Shown here one piece after another: positions 24,323 to 38,049 of a stretch of 64,000 nucleotides of DNA. Origin of the DNA: Octopus sinensis. Taxonomy: Eukaryota. The stretch lies in the NCBI RefSeq assembly GCF_006345805.1, contig NC_043017.1, forward strand, positions 12,710,001 to 12,774,000. Reading direction: 5' to 3'. The notes below the pieces were generated by a model. That model searched no databases and was not told the origin of the DNA. It saw nothing but the letters and a program-made list of their open reading frames with translations. Numbering within the stretch: the first letter of the stretch is position 1; every line of letters begins with the position of its first letter. The position numbers and the translations under genes were made by a program.

Positions 24323-24740
24323 TAGGCGCAGGAGTGGCTGTGTGGTAAGTAGCTTGCTAACCAACCACATGGTTCCGGGTTCAGTCCCAATGCGTGGCAT
24401 CTTGGGCAAGTGTCTTCTACTATAGCCCCGGGCCGACCAATGCCTTGTGAGTGGATTTGGTAGACGGAAACTGAAAGAAGCCTGTCGTATATATGTATAT
24501 ATATATATATATGTGTGTGTGTATGTGTTTATGTGTCTGTGTTTGTCCCCCTAGCATTGCTTGACAACCGATGCTGGTGTGTTTACGTCCCCGTCAACTA
24601 GCGGTTCGGCAAAAGAGACCGATAAAATAAGTACTGGGCTTACAAAGAATAAGCCCCGGGGTCGATTTGCTCGACTAAAGGCGGTGTTCCAGCATGGCTG
24701 CAGTCAAATGACTGAAACAAGTAAAAAAGTAAAAAAAAAA
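24323..24740 (+). mobile_element. SINE family A, full length
   Basis: Consensus match. Confidence 0.92.
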
Positions 24741-26159
24741 GTAAGTCATACCTCAATTTACAGTGGGGATTAGTTCCAAGATGTGCGAATTGACTTGAAA
24801 AATGACGTCACATGAAAAACCTTTTAAAGAAAGGTATCAAGCTCATACCTATTTTAATAAATGATTTGTACATATTTTCACATGTATTTCATTTGATTTT
24901 CCACTCCAGTATTGGTTTTTAGGTAGGTTTTTTTCTAATTTTTATGCTTTTAATGTATCAGATGGTGGTGTTAAACCAATTGACAGAGTATGTATGTATG
25001 TAAGTAGGAAAGTAGGTAGATAGATACATACGTACATACAAGGGGGGTGGCAGATAGTGGGAAGTGGGCCAGAAGGTGGCAGGAGGGTTAGAAGGTGCTG
25101 TTAAACTGAGTAACAGATTAAGTGTATAAACATATATCCATACATATGTACGTTTATATACTTAATCTGTTACTCAGTCTAACACCACCATCTTACCTTC
25201 TTACCACCTTAACTGCTTTCAGTGGAATTCACTCTATAAAAAGCATTCAAACCAGATCCCTAGTTTGAAGTTACATCTCCCTACCCTGCCCACCAGTCTC
25301 AGAGGCCCTGAAGAAGGGTCATGGTCATTACCATCTCTCCTGACTAAAAGATGAAGAAAAAAAGAAGCCTTATAATATCTTCAAGCTCTTTGCATTTTGG
25401 CAGCAACATCCACAACACTGGTGCCAAGCACAATCTGTCCAAACTGGCAGCTTTTCCCTTGGTTAAATGCTAATGGTATGGAGAGAGGAAACTTGGGCAG
25501 CCGTCAGACTTAGGAAACACCAAGCTGGAATTTTTCTATTTTGATGGGGATTTTTCAGATTTTTTTTCTCAGAGCCCTTGGAAATGCTCTGGACTATCTT
25601 TTTAGCCGACAAAATTAGTGAAAAATGATGGGTTTTTTTAATGTTTTTACATGGATGACTATCAGTCTTTTTTGAAAAAGTAGGCCTTGGCACATAGGGT
25701 CACATTTGAACTTGCAGAAACTATAATCTTCGACACATCCCTTGTGCTATTTAATTGTATTACTGTATGAACCCCACAGTCACCAATTAAAATAGGTCTG
25801 AGGTACTGATGGAACCTCTGTGTGGTTTCTTTATCTGTACGGAGTAACAGAATCCAAGAACATGCAGTGATGTTTCACCAAATAGAAACATTAATGACTG
25901 AAATAACACAGAACAGGTACACCACTGATTTTCCAGCAATTAATGATCCGCCACCTCATTTAGTCTGGATAAATTATGAAGCAGATTATGAAATTCCTTT
26001 GACCACCAGACTAGTTTACAATGCGACCGCAGGTGGCCTTGTATGTACAATGTTTTCACAAACATTATTTCCATTATGGTTATAGTGAAACAAACATTTT
26101 AAGAGATTCTCTACTTGAGAATTCTATAACAGAAATATGTGTGTGGTGTGTGTGTGTGT

Positions 26160-26925
26160 GCACATAAAAGGCACCATTCGAGTGTGATCGTTACCAGCAT
26201 CGCCTTACTGGCACTCGAGCCCCATGCTTGTAGGGTGTTAAGAGCACCATCTGAGCATGATCGTTGCCAGAGCGGCTATCTGGCCTCCGTGCCAGTAACA
26301 CATAAAAGGCACCATTCGAGCGTGATCATTACCAGCATCACATTCTTGGCACCTGTGCTGGTGGCATGTGTAAAAGATTCAAGTGAGGTCATGGCCAGTA
26401 CCGCCTGACTGGTCAGCCCAAGACTATAGTAGAAGACACTTGCCAAAAGTGCCATGCAGAGGGACTGAACCCAGAAACACATGGGCAGGGAGCAAACTGA
26501 GCAGTTCATCAGACTTCATTAATAAGACGTTTATAATTAATAAAAAGCACTATCCGAATCGTGGCCGATGCCAGCGCCGCCTCAACTGGCTTCCGTGTCG
26601 GTGGCACGTAAAAAGCACCATCTGAATCGTGGCCAAAGCCAGTGTCGCCTCGACTGGCTTCCGTGCAGGTGGCACGTAAAATGCACCAATCCGACCGTGG
26701 CCGATGCCAGCCTCGCCTGGCTCCAGGCAGGGTGGCACGTAAAAAGCACCCACTACACTCACGGAGTGTTGGCGTTAGGAAGGGCATCCAGCTGTAGAAA
26801 CATTGCCAGATAAGACTGGAGCCTGGTGCAAACCTTTCTGGCTTCCCAGATCCCTGGTCGAACCGTCCAACCCATGCTAGCATGGAGGAGAACGGACGTT
26901 AAACGATGATGATGATGATGATGAG
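26160..26925 (+). mobile_element. Family D composite with two types of internal hairpin-unit arrays
   Basis: Units built on gtgccggtggcacgtaaaaagcacc; ends in (GAT)n. Confidence 0.85.
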
Positions 26926-27119
26926 GTGGGTTGCCGAACTGTTATTATGTGAGTAAGGATGGTTTGGCAAAAACGGTTAATTCCTCAAGGTTTTGGAACC
27001 AAGGTTATGGAGAAATCAATGGTGAAGCTGCGATATATTTGTCGACCACTGCTTCAGTGTTTGGGTTCATCACTTCCACATTCCAAATAGCCCAGTAATA
27101 GGAAGAAAGAGAAAGAAGA

Positions 27120-27160
<41 letters not shown>

Positions 27161-27309
27161 TCTTCTTTTCCCTTCTTTTCCCCGCATCCCAGTGCTTCAT
27201 CTGCCGCTTTGAAGAGCCGGCAGCAGTTCAGCTGAAATAGTAAAAGTAAAGAGGATTTCAGAGAGATGAAGAAAGAGGCAGTGTTGTTGCTGTTGTTAGG
27301 TTGTCTCAA

Positions 27310-27647
27310 TGGTGGCGGCGGCGGGGTGTGGGTCCAGTGGTGGATGATGACGTAGTGATGGTGCAGGGGGTGGTGGTGTGGTGGGTGGGTGGTGGCGATG
27401 GTGGTGGTGTGGTGTGCGGTGCTGGATGGTGGTGGTGGTGGTGGTTGGTGCTGGTGTCTGGTGGTGGTGGTGGTGGTGGTGGTTTTGGTGGTTGAGGTGG
27501 TGGTTGTGGTGGTGGTGGTGCTGCTGGTGGTGGTGGTGGTGGTGGTGGTGGTGGATGGTGTGGGGGTGTGGTGGTGGTAGTGGTGGTGGTGGTGGTGGTG
27601 TGAGGTGGTGTGTGGTGGTGCTGGTGCTGGTGGTGGGTGGTGGCTGG

Positions 27648-27678
<31 letters not shown>

Positions 27679-27965
27679 GGTGTGGTGGTAGTGGGGTGGT
27701 AGTGGTGGTGGGTGGTGGTGGTGAGTGGTGGTAGTGGTGGTGGTGTGGTGGGATGGGGTAGTGGTGGTGGTGGTGATGGTGGTGGTGGTGGCGGCGGTGG
27801 TGGTGGTGGTGATGTGGTGGGTGGTGCTGGTGCTGGTGTGGTGGTGGTGGTTGGGATGGGTGGTGGTGGTGATGGTGGTGGTGGTGGGGGCGGGGTGGTG
27901 GTGGTGGTGGTGGTGGTGGTGGTGGTGGTGGTGGCAGTAGTGGTGGTGGTGGTGGCGTCAGTGGT
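27310..27965. repeat. Long degenerate (GGT)n tract
   Basis: Direct. Confidence 0.95.
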
Positions 27966-28359
27966 GGAGGTGATGTGATGGTGCTAATTGTGTTAGCATA
28001 GGTAAGGTGCACTAGGTGTTGTTGTAGTTGTTTAACCCCGAGCCGGTGCGAATCAAATATAAAACCTACCATCAAATACTTTCCAGGCATGACAACCCCT
28101 GTCTTTTTCATAATCAAAGTGTACCTTAAACAGCACTATCCAAGATGGGCTTCTTTTTTTTTTATTCTTGTTTTTCAAAGACAGTGGGTGGGTGTAATTT
28201 GATGAAGATTTGGCTGCTGTTTCTAGCTGGGTGTGTATTGAGCATGTGGAGAGCGGTATAGAGGTGAATGATCGTAAAATGGTTGCTGCTGGGTTGTAGC
28301 AGAGTGAGACATGGCAGTGTCTGTATGTGTACATACAGGGGTGGGGCGGTAGCAGTGAT

Positions 28360-29002
28360 GGTGGTGGAGGAAGAGAAGAAGAGGAGGGGAAAAGAAAGAG
28401 GAGGTGGAGAGGAGGAAGAGGAGGAGAACAAGAACAAGACAGAAGAAGAACAAGAACAAGAACAAGAAGAGGAAGGGGTGGGGAGAGAGAAGACGAAGAG
28501 GAGGAGGAGGTGGGAGGAGGAGAAGAAAGAAGAAGAGAGGGGGGGAGGAAGGAGAGAAGAGAGGAAGAAGAAGAGAAGAAGAGAAGAAGGAAGAGGAAGA
28601 AAAAAGAGGAGGAAGGAGGGGGGGAGGGGAGAGGAAGGAGAAGGAGGAGCAGAGGGGGAGGAGGAGAGGAGCAGGAGGGGGACAGAGGAAGAGGAAGGGG
28701 GGAGGGGGGGAGGGGGGGAGGGGGGGAGGAGGAGGGGGGGAGAGAGGAGGAAGGAGAGGAGGAGGAGGGGGGGGGAGGGAGGAGGAGGGGAGGAGAAGAA
28801 GAAGGGGAGGAGGGGGGAGAGGAGAAAAGACAAGAGAGAAGGGGGAAGGAAGAGAGGAGAGGGAGGAGGAGAGGAGGGGGGGAGAGGGAAGGAGGCGGAG
28901 AGGCGGAGAAGGAGGAGGAGAAAGAAGACGAAGAAGAAGAAAGTAAAGAAGAAGGAGTAAAAGAAGAGGAGAGGGAGGAGAGGAGGAAGAAAAGAAGAAG
29001 AA

Positions 29003-29049
<47 letters not shown>

Positions 29050-29220
29050 AAGAAGACAAGAAGAAGAAGAGAAGAAGACAAGGAAGGAAAGAGAGAAGAT
29101 GGTGAAGAAGCAGTAAGAAAAGGAGAAGAAGAAGAAGAAGAAAGGTGCTGATGAGGATGATGATAATTATAACCCTGGTATGAAAGAGGAGGAAGAAGAG
29201 AAAGAGATGGGAATGAAGAG
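28360..29220. repeat. Polypurine (GGA/GAA)n tract
   Basis: Direct. Confidence 0.95.
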
Positions 29221-29580
29221 GCATTACTTATCATTGGTTGCTATTGGTGTCAGAATAAAATACATATAACAGGAAGATTTTGCTTTCCTTCCTCTGTGAG
29301 TATAATGCTGTATGTGTATATATACATATACATATGCATATATATATATAAACATACATATGTACATATATATACATATGTATATATAGGTGCAGGAGTG
29401 GCTTTGTGGTAAGAAGCTTGCTACCCAACCATATGGTTCTGGATTCAGTCCTGCTGCGTGGCATCTTGGGCAAGTGTCTTCTATTATAACCGACCAAGGC
29501 CCATTGTGGGTGGATTTTGTAGACAGAAATTGAAAGAAACCTGTCATATACATACATACATACATATATATATATATATA

Positions 29581-29626
<46 letters not shown>

Positions 29627-29716
29627 TATGTATTGTATATCTATATATAGTATATATATATAATATATATATAATATATATCTATATAAGATAGATAGAT
29701 AGATAGATAGATAGAT

Positions 29717-29764
<48 letters not shown>

Positions 29765-31225
29765 TAGATATAGATATAGATATAAAAATACAAAATGGAA
29801 CAAGAATGCAAAACATCCAGACAGTTAGGTGATAACAAAAAAGGTACAACAAAACATCCAGATAGACGATACAAAGAAAAACAAGGACGGGTTATTTGGA
29901 GTTTTCTATCCTCAGTCGAGTTCCAGATTATCTTTGCAATTTTGGCTGGTTATACTCTAGATTGCTCCAACCTGGCCAGCCCCAAGGAAAACCTAAGCTA
30001 AGAGCATTAGATTCCTTGGAAGAAAGCAGCACATGTATACGAAAACAAGGATGGAAAAAAAAACGGAGAAATGTTACACAAATACAAATGCAATTCACAG
30101 GACATAACAACAGGTGTCTTTCGACTAAGGATGAATTAAATTAAGCTGGCATGTGTGGAAGTAAAGCCTTACGGCATGGAGATAAGATTTGACAGGCACA
30201 GAGAGGAATATAGATGTTGCACGGATGGTAGTCAAACCAAGAAAGAAAGGTCAGGCTTGGCCGAACACTGGTCATGTGGGGAGAGAAGAGAGGGGGGTAG
30301 AGGCAGAGAGATAGAAGAATTAAGGAGGGGCGAGAAAAAAAATGAAAAGGATACAGTGAAGTGAAAGAGGAGGGAAAGTGAGTATGAAGAGAAGGCCAGG
30401 AAAAGTGAGGAAGGGGAACAAAAGAACGAAAAGTAGAATGAACGAAGTGTGAAAGGGGTGATAGAAAGATTAGAAAGAATAACAGAGTCATGCAAAATTT
30501 AGATCTATGTATACTTACATATAAGAGACCAAAGTGTATGTAAGAAAGAGTAAAAAGATCGTATACTTCCATGTAAGTTTTATCTTAATAATTCTGATGC
30601 GCACTCTATACGATCTTTTTACTCTTTCATTTTTCTCTCCCTTATTCTTTTACTTCCTCTTCTCCCACTATTCTATCCTATTACTCTGTCACTCTCTCTC
30701 CCTCACTCCTCCACCCTTGCTCATGTGGCAACTACGTGACCATCGGCCATCTTTCTTTCTTTCTCTCCATTGTAAGCGGAACAAGGAAGGCGTATTCTTG
30801 TTTGTTTCCTGTCCTAGCTTGATTTATGCGTTCGCCACCACAACCTCATTTAGGCTTAGCAGCCCTTCCTGTTTGTTTTCACTGTCCTGTTTGTGTTACC
30901 TATTTTGATCTTCCGCAGAATTCCCAAATTTTATTTAATTTGCTCTGCCGGGAGCAACTGTTTATCGAAAGCATATATTGTTGTTAAATGCTCGAAATAC
31001 AAGACTCAGCCAGCAACTGATGAAGGGTCGTTCTTTATGTTTGTTTTGTTTTCCATTTGTGTCTTTTGTTGTTCGAAAGAATAGTTCTTGTTCCATGTAC
31101 TTGTGCTCGTACTTTTTTGTTGTACACATTTCATGACATCCTGTGCCCACATATGCATATGTGTATACATATAGATGCAAGCATGTATATATATGTATGT
31201 ATATATGCATATATATATGTGTGTA

Positions 31226-31510
31226 TATCTATTATATAAAATCTGTTCTGTCTGTCTGTGTGTGTGTGTCTTCTCGGATCTTGGACATCCTCCATCCGAT
31301 TGCGCTCAAATTTGATATGTAGATACCAATGGTATCAGGGCATGTATAAGTCTTGAAAACGTTACAAAAATCGATTCCAGGTGAGAATGCGATCTATAAA
31401 GCTGTGGGAACGTGCATTTGTACTTGAAGTACATCAGCTGTTGCGCTTTATACTACGCATACGCGAGAAAAATGCATGTGCAGTTTGCGCAAAAATGCCG
31501 GCTGGCTTGA
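31226..31510 (+). mobile_element. Helentron/HINE-like non-autonomous element
   Basis: Starts atctattatataaaat...; inverted homolog at 63770-64000. Confidence 0.65.
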
Positions 31511-31778
31511 AATATTGCCACAAAATGCAGTATATTTAAGAGACCAAAACTAAGATGCAAAAGAGATATTTTTTCAACTTGGCATGAAGGAAGGAAAGAC
31601 TATTTGATTTCTCAAGAAGTTTTTTTTTTTTGCCTTAACTTCTTCGTTTTCAAAACCAAAATTTTATTGAAATAAAGGCATGCTTAATTATTTTTTAATC
31701 AAAAGAAAACACTGATTGCTTTTTATTCTGCAGATATGATTCAGCACCATCCATGGGACGGACGGGGGCGTTTTGCTC

Positions 31779-31823
<45 letters not shown>

Positions 31824-31844
31824 ATATATATTACTCGACTGGCT

Positions 31845-32300
31845 TTGTGCCGGTAGTACATAAAAGCACATCCGAACGTGGTCGATGCCAGTGTGCCACC
31901 TCGACTGGCTCTCTGTGCCGGTGGCCACATAAAAAGCACCATCCGAACGTGCCAATGCCACCGCTGCCTCGATGGCTCCATTGCCGGTGGCACATAAAAA
32001 GCACTATCCGAACGTGGCCATTGCCAGCGCCACCTTGGCTGGCTTCCGTGCCGGTGGCACATTAAAAGCTCCAACCGATCGTGGCCGATGCCGGCCCCCC
32101 CATGGTACCTGTGCAGGTGGCACGTAAAAAGCACCCACTACACTCGCGGAGTGGTTGGCGTTAGGAAGGGCATGCAGCTGTAGAAACTCTGCCAGATCAG
32201 ACTGGAGCCTGGTGCAGCCTTCTGGCTTCCCAGACCCCAGTCGAACCGTCCAACCCGTGCTAGCGCGGAAAACGGACGTTAAACGATGATGATGATGATG
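31845..32300 (+). mobile_element. Family D with 4-5 hairpin units
   Basis: Same units and 3' end. Confidence 0.88.
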
Positions 32301-32683
32301 ATATATATATATATATATATACATATTATTTATATTATTATATATGTATACATGACATAATCCTATTGAGCTCAGTCACGTATGCTCTCATGAAAGCTAC
32401 ATACTTTAACCACACTCACACACACAGAATTGTGTCAACATGCATAGACACACCCACTTACAAAGCATTAATACAACACATGCTGATATACATGCACACT
32501 CATAAGTCAATGTACACTGATGCACGCGTATTTATACATGCACTACTACAATGGAATATATGCATCAAATATGCACATTCACACACATATTCATTATACC
32601 ACATACACACATGTGCACAAATTTATATATACACACATACATATCTTTCTTGCACACACACACACACATCCATATATTATATA

Positions 32684-32728
<45 letters not shown>

Positions 32729-32988
32729 TATATATATATACACTCACACACACACATCTCACTTGGATCTAAACATTTATATACATCATACTAAGACAAC
32801 CACATGCATACTCATACACACACACACACACACACAAACACACACACCCATATACACATCTCGAATACACGCACACAACACACATACACATACATACACT
32901 CATAATCTCCTCACACATTCACATCGCTTGCATTCCCAATACCACATTATGTTACCATGACAACATCCTTCAGACACAGATACTTACT

Positions 32989-33024
<36 letters not shown>

Positions 33025-33499
33025 CCTACATATACACACTTGTATATGAAAATTCATAAATCCTCCCATATACAGGCATGTATCTATATATGAAAGTTCA
33101 TTCAACCAGCTATACACATACGCACACATACATACATGCATATACATACATGCATATACATACATGCATATACATACATGCATATACATACATGCTGAGT
33201 CACACATGCATATACAGGAAAACTTTTCACACACACATATACATGCATATACACACACATATATATACATACATATATATGCATATACATGCACAAACTG
33301 ATAGACTTGTGCACACAATTAGTTATGGAAATATGATTATATACACACACATACATACATACACGCATACATGCATATACATACTCATACTCACACACAC
33401 ACACACATGGAAATATGATGGGATATATAAACGCACAGACAGACATGTACAATATACACATGCATGAACATATACTCACGGATATCACTGTTCTCTGCC

Positions 33500-34010
33500 A
33501 CCACAACCACCGCCGCCGCCGCCGCCACCATCACCACCACCACCACCATCACCACCACCGCCACCATCACCACTACAACCACCACCACCACCACTGCCAC
33601 CACCACCACCACCATCTGCACCACCACCGCCACCATCACCGCCACCACCACCACCATCACCACCACCACCACCATCACCACCACCACCACCACCACCACC
33701 GCCGCCACCACCACCACCACCATCACCGCCACCGCCACCACCACCGCCACCACCACCACTACCACCACCACACACCACAAACACCACCACCACCACCACC
33801 ATCACCACCACCATCACCGCCACCGCCACCACCACCATCACCACCACCACCACCGCCGCCACCACCACCACCACTACCACCACCACCACCACCACCACCA
33901 CCATCACCACCACCGCCGCCACCACCGCCACCACTGCCACCACCACCACCACCACCACCCACCACCACCACCACCACCACCACCACCACCACCACCGCCG
34001 CCACCACCCT
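33500..34010. repeat. Long degenerate (CCA)n tract
   Basis: Direct. Confidence 0.95.
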
Positions 34011-34730
34011 GAGAGAGTGTGAAAGTGTGAGTGAAGGAATGAGAGTGAGAGGAGCCACATGCTGTGCTGGAAACATATTGGATGGGTGTGGTTAACAATA
34101 ACAACAACAACAACAACAACCTAGACAACATACCTACAGACAGACAGACAGACGGACAGCCCGGCAGACCAGCAGGCACACAAGCAGACAAACAGACAGA
34201 TTTTTTTTTACTTGGCAACTTCACAATTACCTCTTCTCACTTGGTGTAGCTAAGCAGACTCTATCTTCAGTTATCTTCTATTATCTTCTGTTGCTCGGTT
34301 TCAGTTGCTGGATTGTGTCCATGCTGAGCTGACGCCTAGAAGGGATTTAATCAAACAAAATCAGCCCTGGAACCTGTATTTTTTAAAGTCTGGTCGGTCC
34401 TTATTCCATCTGTCCCTTTTGCAGAACCGTTATATTACAACAGCAGTTCTCAGCCAGGGTCTTCATGGTCCTTGTGGGGTCGTATAAGATTCTGCTGCCA
34501 AAAATTATTCTTTTATTCTTTTACGTGTTTCAGACATTTGACTGTGGCCATGCTGGAGCACCACCTTTAGTCGAGCAACTCGACCCCGGGACTTATTCTT
34601 CGTAAGCCTAGTACTTAATCTATCGGTCGCTTTTGCCGGTAGAAGACACCAGTCCAAGGTGCCACATTGTGGGACTGAACCTGAAATTACATGCTTGCAA
34701 AGCAAACTTCTTAACCACACAGCCATCTGT

Positions 34731-34827
<97 letters not shown>

Positions 34828-34839
34828 TGTGTGTGTGTT

Positions 34840-34887
<48 letters not shown>

Positions 34888-35031
34888 TCTCTCTCTCTCT
34901 CCCTCTTTCTATATATATATAAATCAAAGTGTACAGTATTATATGTCCATTATGGTTATCTTACCATTTGGTTTCACACTAGGGATTCAACAGTGTTAGG
35001 TAACAATCCGATTATGTAACCCTGCACTCTT

Positions 35032-35472
35032 CAGAGATGGCAGTTATGGAATGAAGTATGGAGACTGCTCTCTATTGTTAGAGGTGGACAGACACATCCT
35101 ATTTGTGGTTGCTGCGTAAAAGACAATGAAACGAACAAACCAAGGGTTAAATTAAAAGTTATGTCCATTGGCACCAAAACATCTCTGGGGTGTTGCAAGA
35201 CAACAAGAGTTTTCTGGAAAAGAATATCTGGAAAATGTATGCATTTTAAAGAGTTGGTGTTCTTGAAGAAATGGAATGTGTGTAGAGGCACTATATATGC
35301 AGCGTTTTCAGGGATGGGAGGTTTACCCAAAAGCTACGTATATAACTCTTAACTTAACCCTTGCTTGCTGCTTTTCATCATCTTCATCATAGCAACCACA
35401 AACCAGATATGTCTGTCCACCTCCAACAATAGTGAGCAGTCACCATATTTCATTCGATAACTGCCATCTCTG
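35032..35472. mobile_element. Foldback/MITE-like element with ~130-bp imperfect terminal inverted repeats
   Basis: 35032-35162 is approximately the reverse complement of 35341-35472. Confidence 0.7.
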
Positions 35473-35655
35473 TAAAAATGGTTGGCATTTTAGAAGGGCA
35501 TCCAGCTGTGGCCATCATGTCACAACAGACAACTGAAGTCTGGACAGCATCCCAGCTGACCAGCTCCATGTCAAGCCATCCCAACCCATACCAGCATGGA
35601 AAGCAGACATTAAATGATGATGATGATGATGATGAGGATGATGAGGATGATGATT

Positions 35656-35715
<60 letters not shown>

Positions 35716-35728
35716 GGGATGATGATGG

Positions 35729-35784
<56 letters not shown>

Positions 35785-35794
35785 TTGATGATGG

Positions 35795-35827
<33 letters not shown>

Positions 35828-36096
35828 CGATGGGGATGATGATGATGATGATGCTACACATGCACACAATGAGAGAAGCAGACATCTTCACTATCATCAT
35901 TTTTATGTTCAATTTTACCATCCTTGAATGGATTGGCTGAGTCCTTTTCAACACAGCATCTTGCCCCTTGTTGCAACCTTTGCCATCCCTTTTATGAGGC
36001 TCAACTTCTTGAGATCAGCTCTCACTGCTAATCTCAGGTAAATGGTCTGTCCCAAAATCTTCAGAATTCTCTTGTCCTCTCACATAACTACTTATC

Positions 36097-36138
<42 letters not shown>

Positions 36139-37193
36139 TCCCATTGTTGGTAAAATCAAGTAGTAAATGCAGTCCATATAATGAGAGATAAGAATCATTA
36201 ACTAATGACAAGATTAAATTGTGAACTCCAATAAGTTTCATGCTCTGATAGTACAATGATCAGACAAACTTGTATGGTGTGCCATGTATTGTCCTACAAT
36301 CATTCAGGCTCAAAATAAATAAACCACACACACAGTACTCTATCTATTTGTTTTTTTACCTCTCTGTCTCTCTCTATTTATTTCTCTATCATTATGTACT
36401 AATCTATCTCTATTATCTATCTTAATTGTTTCTGTCTACTTTCTACTTTCACTATCGCTTTATCTCTCTGTCTAAATTACTCCTGTCCATCAATCTATCT
36501 ACCTATTTGTATATCTATTTCTTTATCAGCTAGCAATCCACATCTCTCTCTCCTTCTCTCGTTTATTATCTACGTCACTACACGTTTTCCTGTTCAACCC
36601 ATCCCATCCTTTATCTCTCCATCCTTCTCTCACTTTCTCTTTTATACACACACAGGCATCAGGTGAGTGGCTTTGATAGCAACACCACCCACTTGATGAC
36701 TTGTCAGTACACAGCTACTCCTTGGTCATATTTATTTACGTAACTAGCATATCCATGTCATGAAAAAAATGCCAACAGTTTTATTGATGATAGAATGTGG
36801 TGCATCAACACAATGGGAGAAACCACTGATAAATGTCACCAATCTAGTAATCTCATGATGATCTCATGCACCCGATATAAAAGTACTGCAGTTGGCAAAA
36901 ATGATGAGGATCAAGTCCATAATTACGAAACACGTGCTTAGATAGTCTAGTCATCACACACATTACTGCATTATAACATTTTGCCCAGAGCTCTCACATA
37001 ATTGGATGTAAATTGACATAGTTTTTTTTTGTATGTTGAGTCTTCCATACTTTTTTAATCTTTTTATAAAAGTGAAAGGATTTTGTCAATTTATTTCTGC
37101 TGTCCACCTATGACTGTGATTCAGTTGACCAGGAACATTGTACATGATAAATATCCAATACCAAACTATCTTAATCTACATATTTAAACTGCA

Positions 37194-37421
37194 TTAACCC
37201 TTTAGCATTCAGATTATTCTGTCAAATGTAAAGCTTATATATTCACACCATGTAAAATTAATCTTGCATCATTTCATGACTTTGAGATTTCAATGATGTG
37301 ATTGTTTATTTTTAAAATGACACAATAAGGTAGCTATGAATGACCATATCTGACTAGTTTGAACATAAAATACGTAGAATATTTTGGCCGGATATGGCCA
37401 GTTTAAACACTAAAGGGTTAA
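37194..37421 (+). mobile_element. piggyBac-like MITE (TTAA TSD, ccctttag TIR)
   Basis: ttaaccctttag...ctaaagggttaa; homologs at 47306 and 50392. Confidence 0.88.
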
Positions 37422-38049
37422 ACTTTAGCAAGCTTACCTTTACCTATTCTGAGTTACTTGAAAGGTGATGTTCCCTCCCCTCTCTTATATTTATTGATAC
37501 CTTTCTTTACCTTTGATGCCGTTGTTTCACTTTAAGGATGCTTATTTGCCCATCCACTATGATATTTCAACTGTTGTCCATTGTTTCACATACACTTTAG
37601 CATTGTCATTTTAGTCCCTTTTTAAACAATCACATATGATTTGTCCCAAACAATCGACCTTTAAATAAGAGTTTTACTTCCGCTAGTGAAAACAATACAT
37701 ATCTTTCAGAAAGCTCCATACCAATTTAACTTTATGCAGCATTCGCTATTAGTTTATGCACAGACTGTGCGAGAAGACAGAACAAAGGGGCTTTTGTTTG
37801 CTTATCTCTCTGAAAAAATAGCTCTCTTTACTGTTGAATAAAATAAACTCACAGAGGGGAAGTTTCAACGTCTTCCTTCAATTTCCTCACACCATTTATG
37901 TGGTTGTTTCAAACAAGAAATTTTGCTTTCATATAAAACAACTATATTTTGTAGTCATTATCCGTAATCTACTCCCAAAACACTTCAGTAGTTCTACTTT
38001 ACATCGCTTGCAAACTTATATGTTCTATGATTATTAAAGTGCAATGACC

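Noticed and set aside
25300-25460. GKAASLD-like LINE RT remnant on the minus strand
   Set aside because: The match is too short to support a call.
25822-26085. 87-aa non-repetitive ORF, and the similar one at 45723-45947, as a nested gene
   Set aside because: No recognisable domain, non-ATG start, no supporting splice sites; probably decayed repeat. BLASTX/RNA-seq would settle it.
26540-32130. CRISPR-like repeat/spacer look of family D units and of the 59-bp and 184-bp arrays
   Set aside because: Eukaryotic intron, spacers homologous to one another, no cas genes.
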